64,000 nt of DNA from an uncultured Christensenella sp. (GTDB lineage Bacteria > Bacillota > Clostridia > Christensenellales > UBA3700): the NCBI GenBank assembly GCA_950079155.1, contig CATMWH010000002.1, forward strand, positions 14,929 to 78,928, given 5' to 3'. Position numbers and translations under genes: made by a program. Within the stretch, counting starts at the first letter, position 1; the number at the start of each line of letters is the position of its first letter. This document shows positions 55,987 through 64,000 of the stretch, piece by piece. The notes beneath the pieces are model-generated. The model was not told the DNA's origin, made no database searches, and saw nothing but the letters and a program-made list of their open reading frames with translations.

Positions 55987-56154
55987 TCAAACTTTCTCCA
56001 TTGTCAACTTTGCGCGTTCCCCATTTACTTTAAAATATTTTGGGGACATAATTATAGCATTTGTAGACATTGTGGTCAATATTTATAACTAAAAAAGTCA
56101 GAATGTTTACTATGTGCGAATGTTTGGGAATGTTTTTATTTCGTTTGGGATACC

Positions 56155-56412
56155 CCGTGATTTAGCCTTTCGGAGTGTCTATCGTAGCACAGTTCTCGCA
56201 AATGTCAACCGCAAAAAAATATTGCTTAAATTACCCATTATATATTGTTACTTATTTATAAGAATAGGACTTGAATATCTTTACGCAATATTTTTTTGTT
56301 TGTTTGCTTCTAAATGGTCAGTCGGTTGACATTCGCCGACATATTCCCACGTTAAGAGATTTTACCCGAACTGTGCCACTCTGCCCCTGCCGAAAGGCTA
56401 ATTAAATCACGG
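56155..56412 (+). repeat. Hairpin C: second full copy (258 nt) of the long imperfect hairpin
   Basis: ccgtgatttagcctttcgg / ccgaaaggctaattaaatcacgg; gcacagttc / gaactgtgc; aatgtcaaccg / cggttgacatt; caaaaaaatattgc / gcaatatttttttg. It is followed by GGAGG and an ATG at the same offset as in copy A. Confidence 0.75.
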
Positions 56413-56488
56413 AGGTATAGAAATATGCAAAAAGTAGTTTACTCGGTTTCCAAAGACAACATAAAATATGGGCACACCGTTATTGGGG

Positions 56489-58120
56489 TTATTTCTCGAA
56501 TTTATAGCGTATTACAGACGAAAAGTCCACTTTATAAACAATATCTATCGTGCGTTCCTCGCTTTTATCTTTCGGCAATGCCCCTACAACAACACGGTCT
56601 AACAGTTCGTAACACATTTCCCTTGTCAGTTCAGGCGCATTGAGATATTTCTTTATTGCCCGTATAAAACCGTCCGCGCTTTGCTTTTCGGTTTCCGTTT
56701 CGCTTAAATTCCTTTCAATATCTTTCACTTCCGCCGTAAGCGTTTTCTGCTCGGCTAAATATTTCTCTATAAACCCGAAACAGACTTCTTCGGGCATTTT
56801 GCCTCTCGCCCTGTCCTCATAGGCAAGTTGTATCAAGCGATTCAATTCTTCTATGCGTTTACGCTTTATCTGTAATTCTTTGTTCGCAGACTTCATTGCT
56901 TTATCCGCAAATTCGGCGTTGTGCTGTATGTACTCCTTTCGGATAGCATCTTCGTTAAGCGTTATTCTCTGCGCCATAGTGCGTATATCGTCAAGGACTA
57001 TTTTCTCAATCGCTTTTGCCGAAATAAAGTGCGATACACACAGCGCTTTGCCGTATCGCTCGTTGGTTCTGCAATTAAAGGCATATAATGGCTTGGGTAA
57101 TGATTTTCTGCCGAACGTGCGCATTTTCATTTTACAGCCGCAATCGGCACAGAACAAAAAACCGGATAACGGATGCGTAAGCCCCGATTTCGTCTTTTTA
57201 CCTTGCGCTACGGATTTCATACGTTCCTGCACTTTATCCCACAGTTCTTGGGATATAATTGGCTCGTGATTGTTATACACGATAGTCCATTCGTTTTGGT
57301 CTTTTACATATTTCTTATGGTTTTTATAGGAAACAGAAGTAGTCCTTAACTGCGGCAAATGTCCGAGATATACCATACTACTCAATGTCCGAGCGACTGC
57401 GCCTTGCGCCCACAGTCCTAAACCGTCTTTATTCATTTTGTGTCCGTACTTTTGGTGCGCATATCTCTCTGGCGACGGAACATTCTCGACATTAAGCGTT
57501 TGGGCGATTTGATTGGGCGTTATACCCGAAGCGTACATCTCGAATATTCTTTTAACGACGGGCGCGGTTTCTTCATCTACTAAGAGCGTCCCTTTTTCGT
57601 CTTTTGCCTTGATATAACCGTAAGCCGCTTTCTTGGCGTGATACACTCCTTCCTTTGCTTTTTCCCGCAATACCGCTCGGATTTTCTTTGATGTATTCGC
57701 CGCGTGCCACTCGTTAAAAACATTCATTATAGGCATCATTTCCATAGCGTTGCTGTCGCGGTTTTCGGTATCTACGTTGTCCTGTATGGCAATAAACCGT
57801 ATTCCGAACGACGGGAACACATAATCTACATACTGACCAACCTCGATATAATTGCGCCCGAAACGGCTCAAATCTTTAACAATAATCGTATTGATTACGC
57901 CTGTCTTTGCGTCATCTAATAAACGCTGTACTTGCGGACGGTCGAACGTCGTACCCGAAACGCCGTCGTCTATGTATTCGTCATAGGTTTGAAAGCCGTT
58001 ATCTTCCGCATACTTGCGGAGAACAAGTCTTTGATTTTCTATGGATACCGACTCGCCCTGTCTTTCGTCGTCCTTACTTAACCGCAGATAAAGCCCTGCA
58101 ATGTAGTTTTTCTGTTTCAT
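56489..58120 (-). CDS. Large serine recombinase (TnpX/TndX-like)
   Basis: YLRLSKDDERQGESVSIENQR catalytic region; recombinase domain; Zn ribbon CADCGCKM...FNCRTNERYGKALC; coiled coil. Confidence 0.85.
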   Translation of the reverse strand: MKQKNYIAGLYLRLSKDDERQGESVSIENQRLVLRKYAEDNGFQTYDEYIDDGVSGTTFDRPQVQRLLDDAKTGVINTIIVKDLSRFGRNYIEVGQYVDYVFPSFGIRFIAIQDNVDTENRDSNAMEMMPIMNVFNEWHAANTSKKIRAVLREKAKEGVYHAKKAAYGYIKAKDEKGTLLVDEETAPVVKRIFEMYASGITPNQIAQTLNVENVPSPERYAHQKYGHKMNKDGLGLWAQGAVARTLSSMVYLGHLPQLRTTSVSYKNHKKYVKDQNEWTIVYNNHEPIISQELWDKVQERMKSVAQGKKTKSGLTHPLSGFLFCADCGCKMKMRTFGRKSLPKPLYAFNCRTNERYGKALCVSHFISAKAIEKIVLDDIRTMAQRITLNEDAIRKEYIQHNAEFADKAMKSANKELQIKRKRIEELNRLIQLAYEDRARGKMPEEVCFGFIEKYLAEQKTLTAEVKDIERNLSETETEKQSADGFIRAIKKYLNAPELTREMCYELLDRVVVGALPKDKSEERTIDIVYKVDFSSVIRYKFEK

Positions 58121-58126
58121 AAATAT

Positions 58127-58333
58127 TTACCCCGCATTTTTAGTGATTTGCTTTTCGGCAAGTTGCTTGACCGTTTTGTTAAAATCCTTACCGCCCGAAA
58201 AATAACTGCGGACATAATAAGACTTACCGCCGATTATTCTCTGCCGTTGGATCGACTGCGAAAAGAGATAGCAATTCTCCTCGTAGTCCTCAATATTACA
58301 GTAAACTTCTTTTTGTCTTGCTGTTGTTTTCAT
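58127..58333 (-). CDS. TnpW-like small transposon protein (68 aa)
   Basis: ...IIGGKSYYVRSYFSGGKDFNKTVKQLAEKQI resembles, from memory, small TnpW-family proteins that accompany clostridial serine recombinases. Confidence 0.45.
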   Translation of the reverse strand: MKTTARQKEVYCNIEDYEENCYLFSQSIQRQRIIGGKSYYVRSYFSGGKDFNKTVKQLAEKQITKNAG

Positions 58334-58571
58334 AGTTTGTTTTGCCCCTTTTAGATTTATTTTGTTGAATTTGTCTTTCGACGGGAGCGAAATTAAACGG
58401 TTGCGCTTGGTTTATTTCTCGTAAATTTTTCCCACTTTTACACGCAGTCAAGGAATAAGAAAATATTTTGCGCGAGTATCTTTACGCTTCGTATTTTCGG
58501 CAAAATATTTTCCCTTGACGGCGCAAGCACAATCGTTTACGCCCCCACCGAGAAAGACAAAATGATTTTGG

Positions 58572-59465
58572 TTAGTTGCTTTTCGGCATTTTCTCTATGA
58601 CTTCGGGACATACCGCACCGTGTACTACGCCGTCTTGGTCGATACAGGTGAAACTGTCCGATAGCAACAGTTTTTTATCTTCCACGCCGTAGGGACAAAT
58701 TATGTCTTCGTCCATAACCGCGGCTATGAAATACGGCTTAACGTCGCCGCCCTGACAAAGCCGACCGCCTTCCTTTTCTATGTACTTGATGATGTACTTT
58801 ACCGAATGTTCTACGTCCATAGGACATATCTCTTTGAACTCGTTTAAGCCAAAGCGTTTGAGAAAATATGTATTCTGTAATTTCTTCTGCACACGTTTTC
58901 TTTTCGTGCTGTAATCCGTTACGGAAACTAACTCACCAACCATTTGATCGTCTGGAATAACGAATATGCCGTGAAAATGCAATCTGCCGTTTTCTCCGCC
59001 GTGTTCCCACGCTCCAATATATTTCCAACCTTTGCGCATAACAAGTTTTTTCAACGTATCTTGCAGTTTTGCTTTGAATGTTTCAGCCGTACATTTAGCC
59101 GAATCGAAAGTCAGCGTTACAAAATAATTCCACCGCTGTAACCGTACTTTACGCCATAACAGACAGTATTTCTTGGAACGGTTACGGTCTTTGCGTTCGT
59201 TATTTTCGGCTATGAAATTTTTGCGTTCGTTTTCGTCGGGGATAGCGATTTTCAACTGTTCGTCTATATATTTTTTTCGTTGCATATACGGCAGTTTCTT
59301 ACTTTCCTTATACGCTGTTTCAAACGCTTCTTTGCGTTCAATTTGTTCAGGCGTAGGGTTCGCCGTATTCTGTTTCTTACAGCCTTTGCCGCTTGGAAAA
59401 CTCCCTTGCGGTATGGCTATGTAATGACTTCCGTCAAAGTAGATTTTACATTGTGTGAATGACAT
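58572..59465 (-). CDS. HUH rolling-circle replication initiator (Rep2), paralog of Rep1
   Basis: NYFVTLTF, RLHFHGIFVI, SVKYIIKYIEKEG. Start at ATG 59465 (MSFTQCKIYFDGSHYIAIP) after AAAGGAGA. Confidence 0.8.
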   Translation of the reverse strand: MSFTQCKIYFDGSHYIAIPQGSFPSGKGCKKQNTANPTPEQIERKEAFETAYKESKKLPYMQRKKYIDEQLKIAIPDENERKNFIAENNERKDRNRSKKYCLLWRKVRLQRWNYFVTLTFDSAKCTAETFKAKLQDTLKKLVMRKGWKYIGAWEHGGENGRLHFHGIFVIPDDQMVGELVSVTDYSTKRKRVQKKLQNTYFLKRFGLNEFKEICPMDVEHSVKYIIKYIEKEGGRLCQGGDVKPYFIAAVMDEDIICPYGVEDKKLLLSDSFTCIDQDGVVHGAVCPEVIEKMPKSN

Positions 59466-59534
59466 TGATTTTCTCCTTTTCTTGAATTTTGTGTTGCTTG
59501 AAAAGTACACTCATTCTTACGATGTATCCATATA

Positions 59535-59621
59535 TCCGAGACCTCCTTTGCTTTCGTGCGGAAATAGAAAAAGACGGCACAAAAAGCGTTACTGCTTCCT
59601 ATGCCGTCTTGCGGTCTGCGG
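59535..59621 (-). promoter_or_regulatory. Second copy of the conserved structured leader, upstream of Rep2
   Basis: tccgagacc / ggtctgcgga outer stem. Inner aagacggcac / atgccgtctt (plus-strand reading). On the minus strand the inner hairpin is followed by a T-run. Confidence 0.5.
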
Positions 59622-59719
59622 AAAATATTTATCTCACAACGCTTTATGCGCCGTAAGTCTAATACTCAAACTCTACAGGTTTTGTCGAGTTTGAGAAATT
59701 AGTTGCAAGAATTTTTTAC

Positions 59720-59805
59720 TTACCTATACAGTATAGCGGTCTCATTCGGGAAAGTGAATAACATCACTTGCCGTTTACCTATCCAAAATACAACATTACC
59801 TATCC
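59720..59805 (+). repeat. Three TTACCTAT(A/C)C boxes (iteron-like) upstream of Rep2
   Basis: ttacctatac at 59720, ttacctatcc at 59775 and at 59796 (the last two 21 nt apart). The first overlaps the palindrome ctatac-a-gtatag. Confidence 0.45.
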
Positions 59806-60052
59806 TTTACCCGTCATTACTTGACGTTGATTGATATTTTTCTAACCTCGTTACGGTAAGCATAGCACCCAAATAGGAAAAGAATTTTCCTATTTGAAAA
59901 AATAGTTGAAAGATTTTCGACTACGCAAGCATTATACCACGGCGCAAAAAACAATGCGGTCGCATTGAAAGACAGTAAAGTACACAAAGGGAATCTTGGC
60001 TAATGTAAGGTAACAAAAGATCGCATAGCGGTTCAGCGAACGACGGAAAAAA

Positions 60053-60266
60053 GCGGCGGCGAAAGAAAATTCGGGCGGGCACGATAAGCCTGCGCGTGCC
60101 GCCCGAATTTCGCCGCCGCTGTTGTCGGCAGTTTCGGTCTTTTTATTTTTGTCGGTCGGTTGGTTTTGGGGGTGCTTGTAGGCGCCCGAGCGCGAAGCGC
60201 GAGGGTGGCGGCGCAGCAACGCCGCGACGACAGCGACAGCCGCCTCTCGTTAATACAAGCACCCCC
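60053..60266. repeat. GC-rich double-hairpin module (second copy)
   Basis: Hairpin 2: gcggcggcgaaa...attcgggcgggcacg / cgtgccgcccgaatttcgccgccgc (60053-60119). Hairpin 1: gggggtgcttgta (60168-80) / tacaagcaccccc (60254-66), with a very GC-rich loop. The loop of hairpin 2 (ataagcctgcg) matches the reverse complement of the E1 copy loop (gaaagcctgcg). Confidence 0.7.
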
Positions 60267-60494
60267 AAAAGTGCCAAGCAGTAGTTTTAGTGGATTTTTA
60301 GCTTGAAAAATTTTGTCGTCATTACCTTCCGCAATCTATACATGTTTTTTCAATTGATTTTGTAAAAGTTGCTTATTTATAAGTTTCAATTTGTATTCCG
60401 AACCCATTGTAGACTAAAAAATATAGTTTTGAACATTTATATTAAATATTCAATAAATTCTATGTTGCTTTTTCTGAACATTTTTACTGCAAAT

Positions 60495-62237
60495 TCATTG
60501 TTGCTTATTTAGATATTGTCCATATGTATAAATATTTTCTTCACCAGCCAAATCAGACAAAAAAGATTGAAATATCGCATCAATTTTAGTAGTAACAAAA
60601 AGTATAAGCCGTTTCTTTGCTCTGGAACAGCATACATAAAACAGATTTCGATTGCGCTCAAATGCACTTTCCCTACCTGTAGGAATGGGCACCTTGTTAG
60701 TTATCATTGGTGCGTATGTTTCAAACTGATATTGATTCCAACCCTTGCTAATTACAAACACAACATTATCATACTCTTCTCCCTTTACGCCGTGCTCGGT
60801 CGAAAACTCTGCCTCTGGATATAAAAACTCTATTGCGGACAAAAATTGTTTATATTCTAATTCAAAAAATTCTTTTAAACTGACATTATTGGCGTATATG
60901 GTATCTGGAGCATCTAAATACTGTTTATAATAGCTCTCTACTTGAGGTGGTATAGGAATTAACTTCGAATCATAAATTATCCTAATAATATCAATCGCCT
61001 TACCATTTCGCGCCTCAGCAAGATTTTGTTTTAATATTTTCCATTTGGTTTTTTCGGATTTTTGTGTAATCGGATATCTTTTGATCCCCATCGCGCTAAA
61101 TAAAAGTTGCATATTAGATTTATCCAATGCTTGATAAATCGGTTCAACTACATTCATAAAAAAGAGCAAAAGCGGATCCTCTATATCGCGCAACCCATCT
61201 CCAAGTATATCTAACAAATGTTCATAGCCCTGTTGAGTTGCGAGCACTTTATGAGTAATCATCAAAACTTTTAAATTTTCATCATGTGGGCATAAATTTT
61301 TAATGTGCGCGATTAAACTATTCAGCCTACTCTTCAATTCTTCGACTGGTAAATCTCCTTTAAATGTTCGATCAGTTCGTCGCGCTCCTAAAAAATCCTC
61401 ACACGTAACCACATTTACTTCGCCATCAAAATCATCTATAGCAGACAATTGTGGTAAATCTGGGCGGATATCATTTAACAATTGTACTATTCTTTGTGCA
61501 GATCTAAAGTTGGACCCTTTTTTAATAACCTTTAAATTGCTATCCTCTATAAGACCACACGCATTATTTGATTGATAAATAGTTTGCCATGCATCACCAA
61601 AAAAACCAAACTGTGGACCTTTTTTTTCTGCAATAAAATATGAAACAAACCGATCGATAATGGGCTTATAAGAATCTTGATACTCATCAATCAATATAAG
61701 TGGATACTTATCAGCAAAAATACACCGAAATTTTGTATTGTCTAACAATGCTGCAAATAACTTTAAAACATCATTATGATAAAGATATTGAATACCATTT
61801 TCTTTATATCTATGACCTAATGTATATTTGACCTCACTTATCTTTTCAGGACTACATTCATCTTCCTGAAAAATCTCACCATTCTGTATAAGCTTTATCA
61901 ATGTACTTTGATATTGATTTATTGCATGCCAAGCAAATGAATGAATAGTTGAAGGCACGATAAAGGAATTACTAGATAATCGTTCTGAGATAACATCAAC
62001 AGCCGCATTTGTATAAGTAATACATATAACATTTTGTTTCTTCTGGCTATACTCTTTCAATTTATTGGTTTGAATCCATTCTATGACTTTATTAAGCGAA
62101 TACGTTTTACCTGAACCCGCTCCAGCCTCAACACGAAAACTTTTTCCACATTGAAGTGCGTCTATGATTTCCGCATCAACTTTATCTGCTTCTGCTTTCG
62201 CTATACTATAATTATCTGAGTTATGTTTCTCTATCAT
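60495..62237 (-). CDS. UvrD/PcrA-type superfamily-1 helicase (GajB-like)
   Basis: EAGAGSGKTYSL (Walker A), LILIDEYQDS (Walker B), FSTEHGVKGEEYDNVVFV, YVCCSRAKKRLILF. Starts 9 nt after the OLD-family gene. Confidence 0.8.
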   Translation of the reverse strand: MIEKHNSDNYSIAKAEADKVDAEIIDALQCGKSFRVEAGAGSGKTYSLNKVIEWIQTNKLKEYSQKKQNVICITYTNAAVDVISERLSSNSFIVPSTIHSFAWHAINQYQSTLIKLIQNGEIFQEDECSPEKISEVKYTLGHRYKENGIQYLYHNDVLKLFAALLDNTKFRCIFADKYPLILIDEYQDSYKPIIDRFVSYFIAEKKGPQFGFFGDAWQTIYQSNNACGLIEDSNLKVIKKGSNFRSAQRIVQLLNDIRPDLPQLSAIDDFDGEVNVVTCEDFLGARRTDRTFKGDLPVEELKSRLNSLIAHIKNLCPHDENLKVLMITHKVLATQQGYEHLLDILGDGLRDIEDPLLLFFMNVVEPIYQALDKSNMQLLFSAMGIKRYPITQKSEKTKWKILKQNLAEARNGKAIDIIRIIYDSKLIPIPPQVESYYKQYLDAPDTIYANNVSLKEFFELEYKQFLSAIEFLYPEAEFSTEHGVKGEEYDNVVFVISKGWNQYQFETYAPMITNKVPIPTGRESAFERNRNLFYVCCSRAKKRLILFVTTKIDAIFQSFLSDLAGEENIYTYGQYLNKQQ

Positions 62238-62245
62238 TATTTCAC

Positions 62246-64000
62246 CTACTCCAGCACTTTCTGGTTATTTAGCCATACAAGCCCATCTTTAATATACTTC
62301 GGAATCTCATAATCCGATTTACCACAAATTAGATTTAATGCAAAGTCGGTTTTGCTTTTACCATCAAATTCCAAATCATCCTCAATAGATTCATCAGACA
62401 AGCCATAAAATTCTCTGTTGACATTTTTAATTGCCTCTTCTAACGATCTCCCACACAAACCGTTTTCTTCAGTTTGAAACTCAAGATGACATCTTTCTTG
62501 TGTCTTTTGCTCATAATTTAAAGCAATGATTTCTGCCAAACTAATTGTCTGCTTATCGTCTTCCGTCAAATTCTTTACTTTTCGCGTCCACCATTTTATT
62601 GTAGCATTTGAAGTCGTTTTGCCATTACTAACAGTCGTCTTTGTTCGCCCATCTTTCATTGAATCAATATCTGTAAGTATTAAACATGGAATACCAAGGA
62701 AATTTACGAACGGTATAAATTTATATGCATATGCCCCACCTATTTCAATCAAGGCATAATACTGTGCAGACAATTTATATTTTTGCGATTCAAATAGCCC
62801 ATTCGTATCACATTTATTTATCATATCTGGTAATAGTAGCCGTTCCGATGCTCCCTCTACAAATATAACTTTATCTGCAAAAAACAAGTCACATCTGCTT
62901 AATGTTAAATATTTTTTTATAAAATCCATATTCTGCGGATTTTCTTTAGCAAAGAAGTCTAAATTTTTATAAACAACACCCTTTGCTGTTTTTTGGGCAT
63001 ACCGAATTTTTGAAAATTCTATTGTGTTAGCAATATGCGCCGAATGAGAAGTTAAAAATGTTTGAATGTGCGAACTTGTGATTTTACTTAAAAAATTCTC
63101 AATGTACTCCGCAAATAAATGTTGCATTTGCGGATGCATATGAGATTCCGGCTCTTCTATAAATAGTAAAGGTATGCAGCTTGTACCATTCTGATCAATT
63201 TTTTGCGCTACATCAGCAAGTATAAATTCAATTTTTATCAAATTTTTATAGCCAAGGCCATTATAAGAACTTGGTAGAGATTCGTTTGAACCATCCATTT
63301 TATACGCGAGCTCGGTTTGACTCTTTATTTGATCATCTATGCTCAATTGCGTATTAACTGCTAGTTGTAACTCCTCTCCATTCGGATAACCAAAACCAAT
63401 AGATTTATTAATAATAGATGCTAATAGTATATCGCTATTTTTTTGCACATCTTTGTTAGCATCCTCAACAATTTTACGCAAATTTTTAACTTCTTCTACT
63501 ACATTAGGATCTAAATCCTCCTCTTTTGCTGCAAATAAACCTGTTATGATTTCCCCAAGAGAACTATTGTTTTGAATTCCGTCTTCACCAAGAACTCTTT
63601 CTGCCGGTATAGAATAGAAAGGAAATAAATCTGTCAGTTCCTTTTGACTTTTGACTTGTACGTCTAAAATATTTTTAGGATTTATAGCAAGTATCGTCAA
63701 TCCAAATATTCTCTTAAAGTTGCTGATACAGATATTTCGAACTTCCTCAGCGTCTGGAGAAAATACATTATCACTGTAAAATCCGGGATTCAATAAATCA
63801 CGCAAAGATTCCTCATCAAGCTTTAATTGATATTCCACACGAATAATAGCTGAAGTCACATCCTCTTCCACATCAATAATAAATGGAGAAAGTGCACCTA
63901 AGTTGTCATTTGGTGCATCAAGAGAATAGTCTATGTAAAACTCTATGGATATAAGTGGAAGCTTTTTACAAAGTTCATCATATGTAACTTTATTTTCCAT
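62246..64000 (-). CDS. OLD-family ABC-ATPase + TOPRIM nuclease (GajA-like), probably N-terminally truncated by the window edge
   Basis: LFIEEPESHMHPQMQ (Walker B/D-loop type), VIFVEGASERLLLP and LILTDIDS (TOPRIM). No Walker A is seen in the 584 aa within the window, so the true start is probably beyond 64000. Confidence 0.7.
   Translation of the reverse strand: MENKVTYDELCKKLPLISIEFYIDYSLDAPNDNLGALSPFIIDVEEDVTSAIIRVEYQLKLDEESLRDLLNPGFYSDNVFSPDAEEVRNICISNFKRIFGLTILAINPKNILDVQVKSQKELTDLFPFYSIPAERVLGEDGIQNNSSLGEIITGLFAAKEEDLDPNVVEEVKNLRKIVEDANKDVQKNSDILLASIINKSIGFGYPNGEELQLAVNTQLSIDDQIKSQTELAYKMDGSNESLPSSYNGLGYKNLIKIEFILADVAQKIDQNGTSCIPLLFIEEPESHMHPQMQHLFAEYIENFLSKITSSHIQTFLTSHSAHIANTIEFSKIRYAQKTAKGVVYKNLDFFAKENPQNMDFIKKYLTLSRCDLFFADKVIFVEGASERLLLPDMINKCDTNGLFESQKYKLSAQYYALIEIGGAYAYKFIPFVNFLGIPCLILTDIDSMKDGRTKTTVSNGKTTSNATIKWWTRKVKNLTEDDKQTISLAEIIALNYEQKTQERCHLEFQTEENGLCGRSLEEAIKNVNREFYGLSDESIEDDLEFDGKSKTDFALNLICGKSDYEIPKYIKDGLVWLNNQKVLE

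Larger units (their letters stand above)
54749..64000. mobile_element. Further related mobile DNA (tandem and/or nested elements E2/E3), open-ended at the window edge
   Basis: It starts with module D2 and hairpin copies homologous to the left end of E1. It then has a second serine recombinase, a TnpW-like gene, Rep2, homologous GC hairpins and an AT-rich Gabija-like pair. Confidence 0.5.

Noticed and set aside
56425-56643. 72-aa plus-strand ORF after hairpin C
   Set aside because: Only its first few codons resemble the first operon gene of E1. The rest is antisense to the 3' end of the serine recombinase. It was interpreted as a truncated remnant at a recombination junction.
59720-59805. CRISPR array check on the short direct repeats here and at 52404-52435
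   Set aside because: The repeats are only 8-10 nt, number 2-3 copies and have irregular spacing. There is no CRISPR-like repeat-spacer structure or cas gene anywhere in the window.

Overview
The sequence looks like a low-GC, Gram-positive-type (Firmicutes-like) genome, judged by lipoprotein lipoboxes, GGAGG ribosome-binding sites and C-terminal TM anchors. The window has two parts.

(A) 1-28.36 kb is ordinary chromosome. Three tandem giant surface proteins sit on the minus strand (more than 1337, 1900 and 2637 aa). Upstream of them is an orphan OmpR-type response regulator whose phospho-acceptor Asp is replaced by Glu. The remaining genes are rubrerythrin-like, an SH3b-NlpC/P60 hydrolase, a DUF815-type ATPase, a double-SIS sugar isomerase, a DUF5050-like lipoprotein, an O-antigen-ligase-like protein and a Wzz-like protein. 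This part ends at tRNA-Ser(GGA), 28357-28446.

(B) 28.45-64 kb is a mosaic of integrated mobile DNA anchored on the tRNA 3' end. An 11-nt core (actctctgcca) recurs at 54738-54748, inside the 3' end of a large serine recombinase gene. This brackets an element of about 26 kb, called E1 here. E1 contains:
- a 263-nt covarying imperfect hairpin;
- a 13-gene operon of small, often acidic proteins, including a PcfK-like::MutS-domain-I fusion and a PcfJ-like protein;
- an AT-rich defence block with two units: a HEPN + two methyltransferases + double PD-ExK nuclease operon, and a 1213-aa metallophosphoesterase-NACHT-HD protein with a small TM partner;
- GC-rich hairpins;
- an HUH-Rep / Zot-like-ATPase ssDNA-phage-like module;
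- regulators and the recombinases.

To the right, related sequence continues to the window end. It comprises a second copy of the tRNA-downstream module, a partial and a complete copy of the hairpin flanking a lone HEPN gene, a second serine recombinase with a TnpW-like gene and a second HUH Rep, homologous GC-rich hairpins, and a Gabija-like OLD-nuclease/UvrD-helicase pair.

The best candidates for something new are the MPE-NACHT-HD/TM pair, the HEPN-guarded RM operon, and the hairpin (ssDNA-promoter or sso-like) placed in front of a putative anti-defence operon. All domain calls rest on motifs I read by eye in the supplied translations. No database search was possible.
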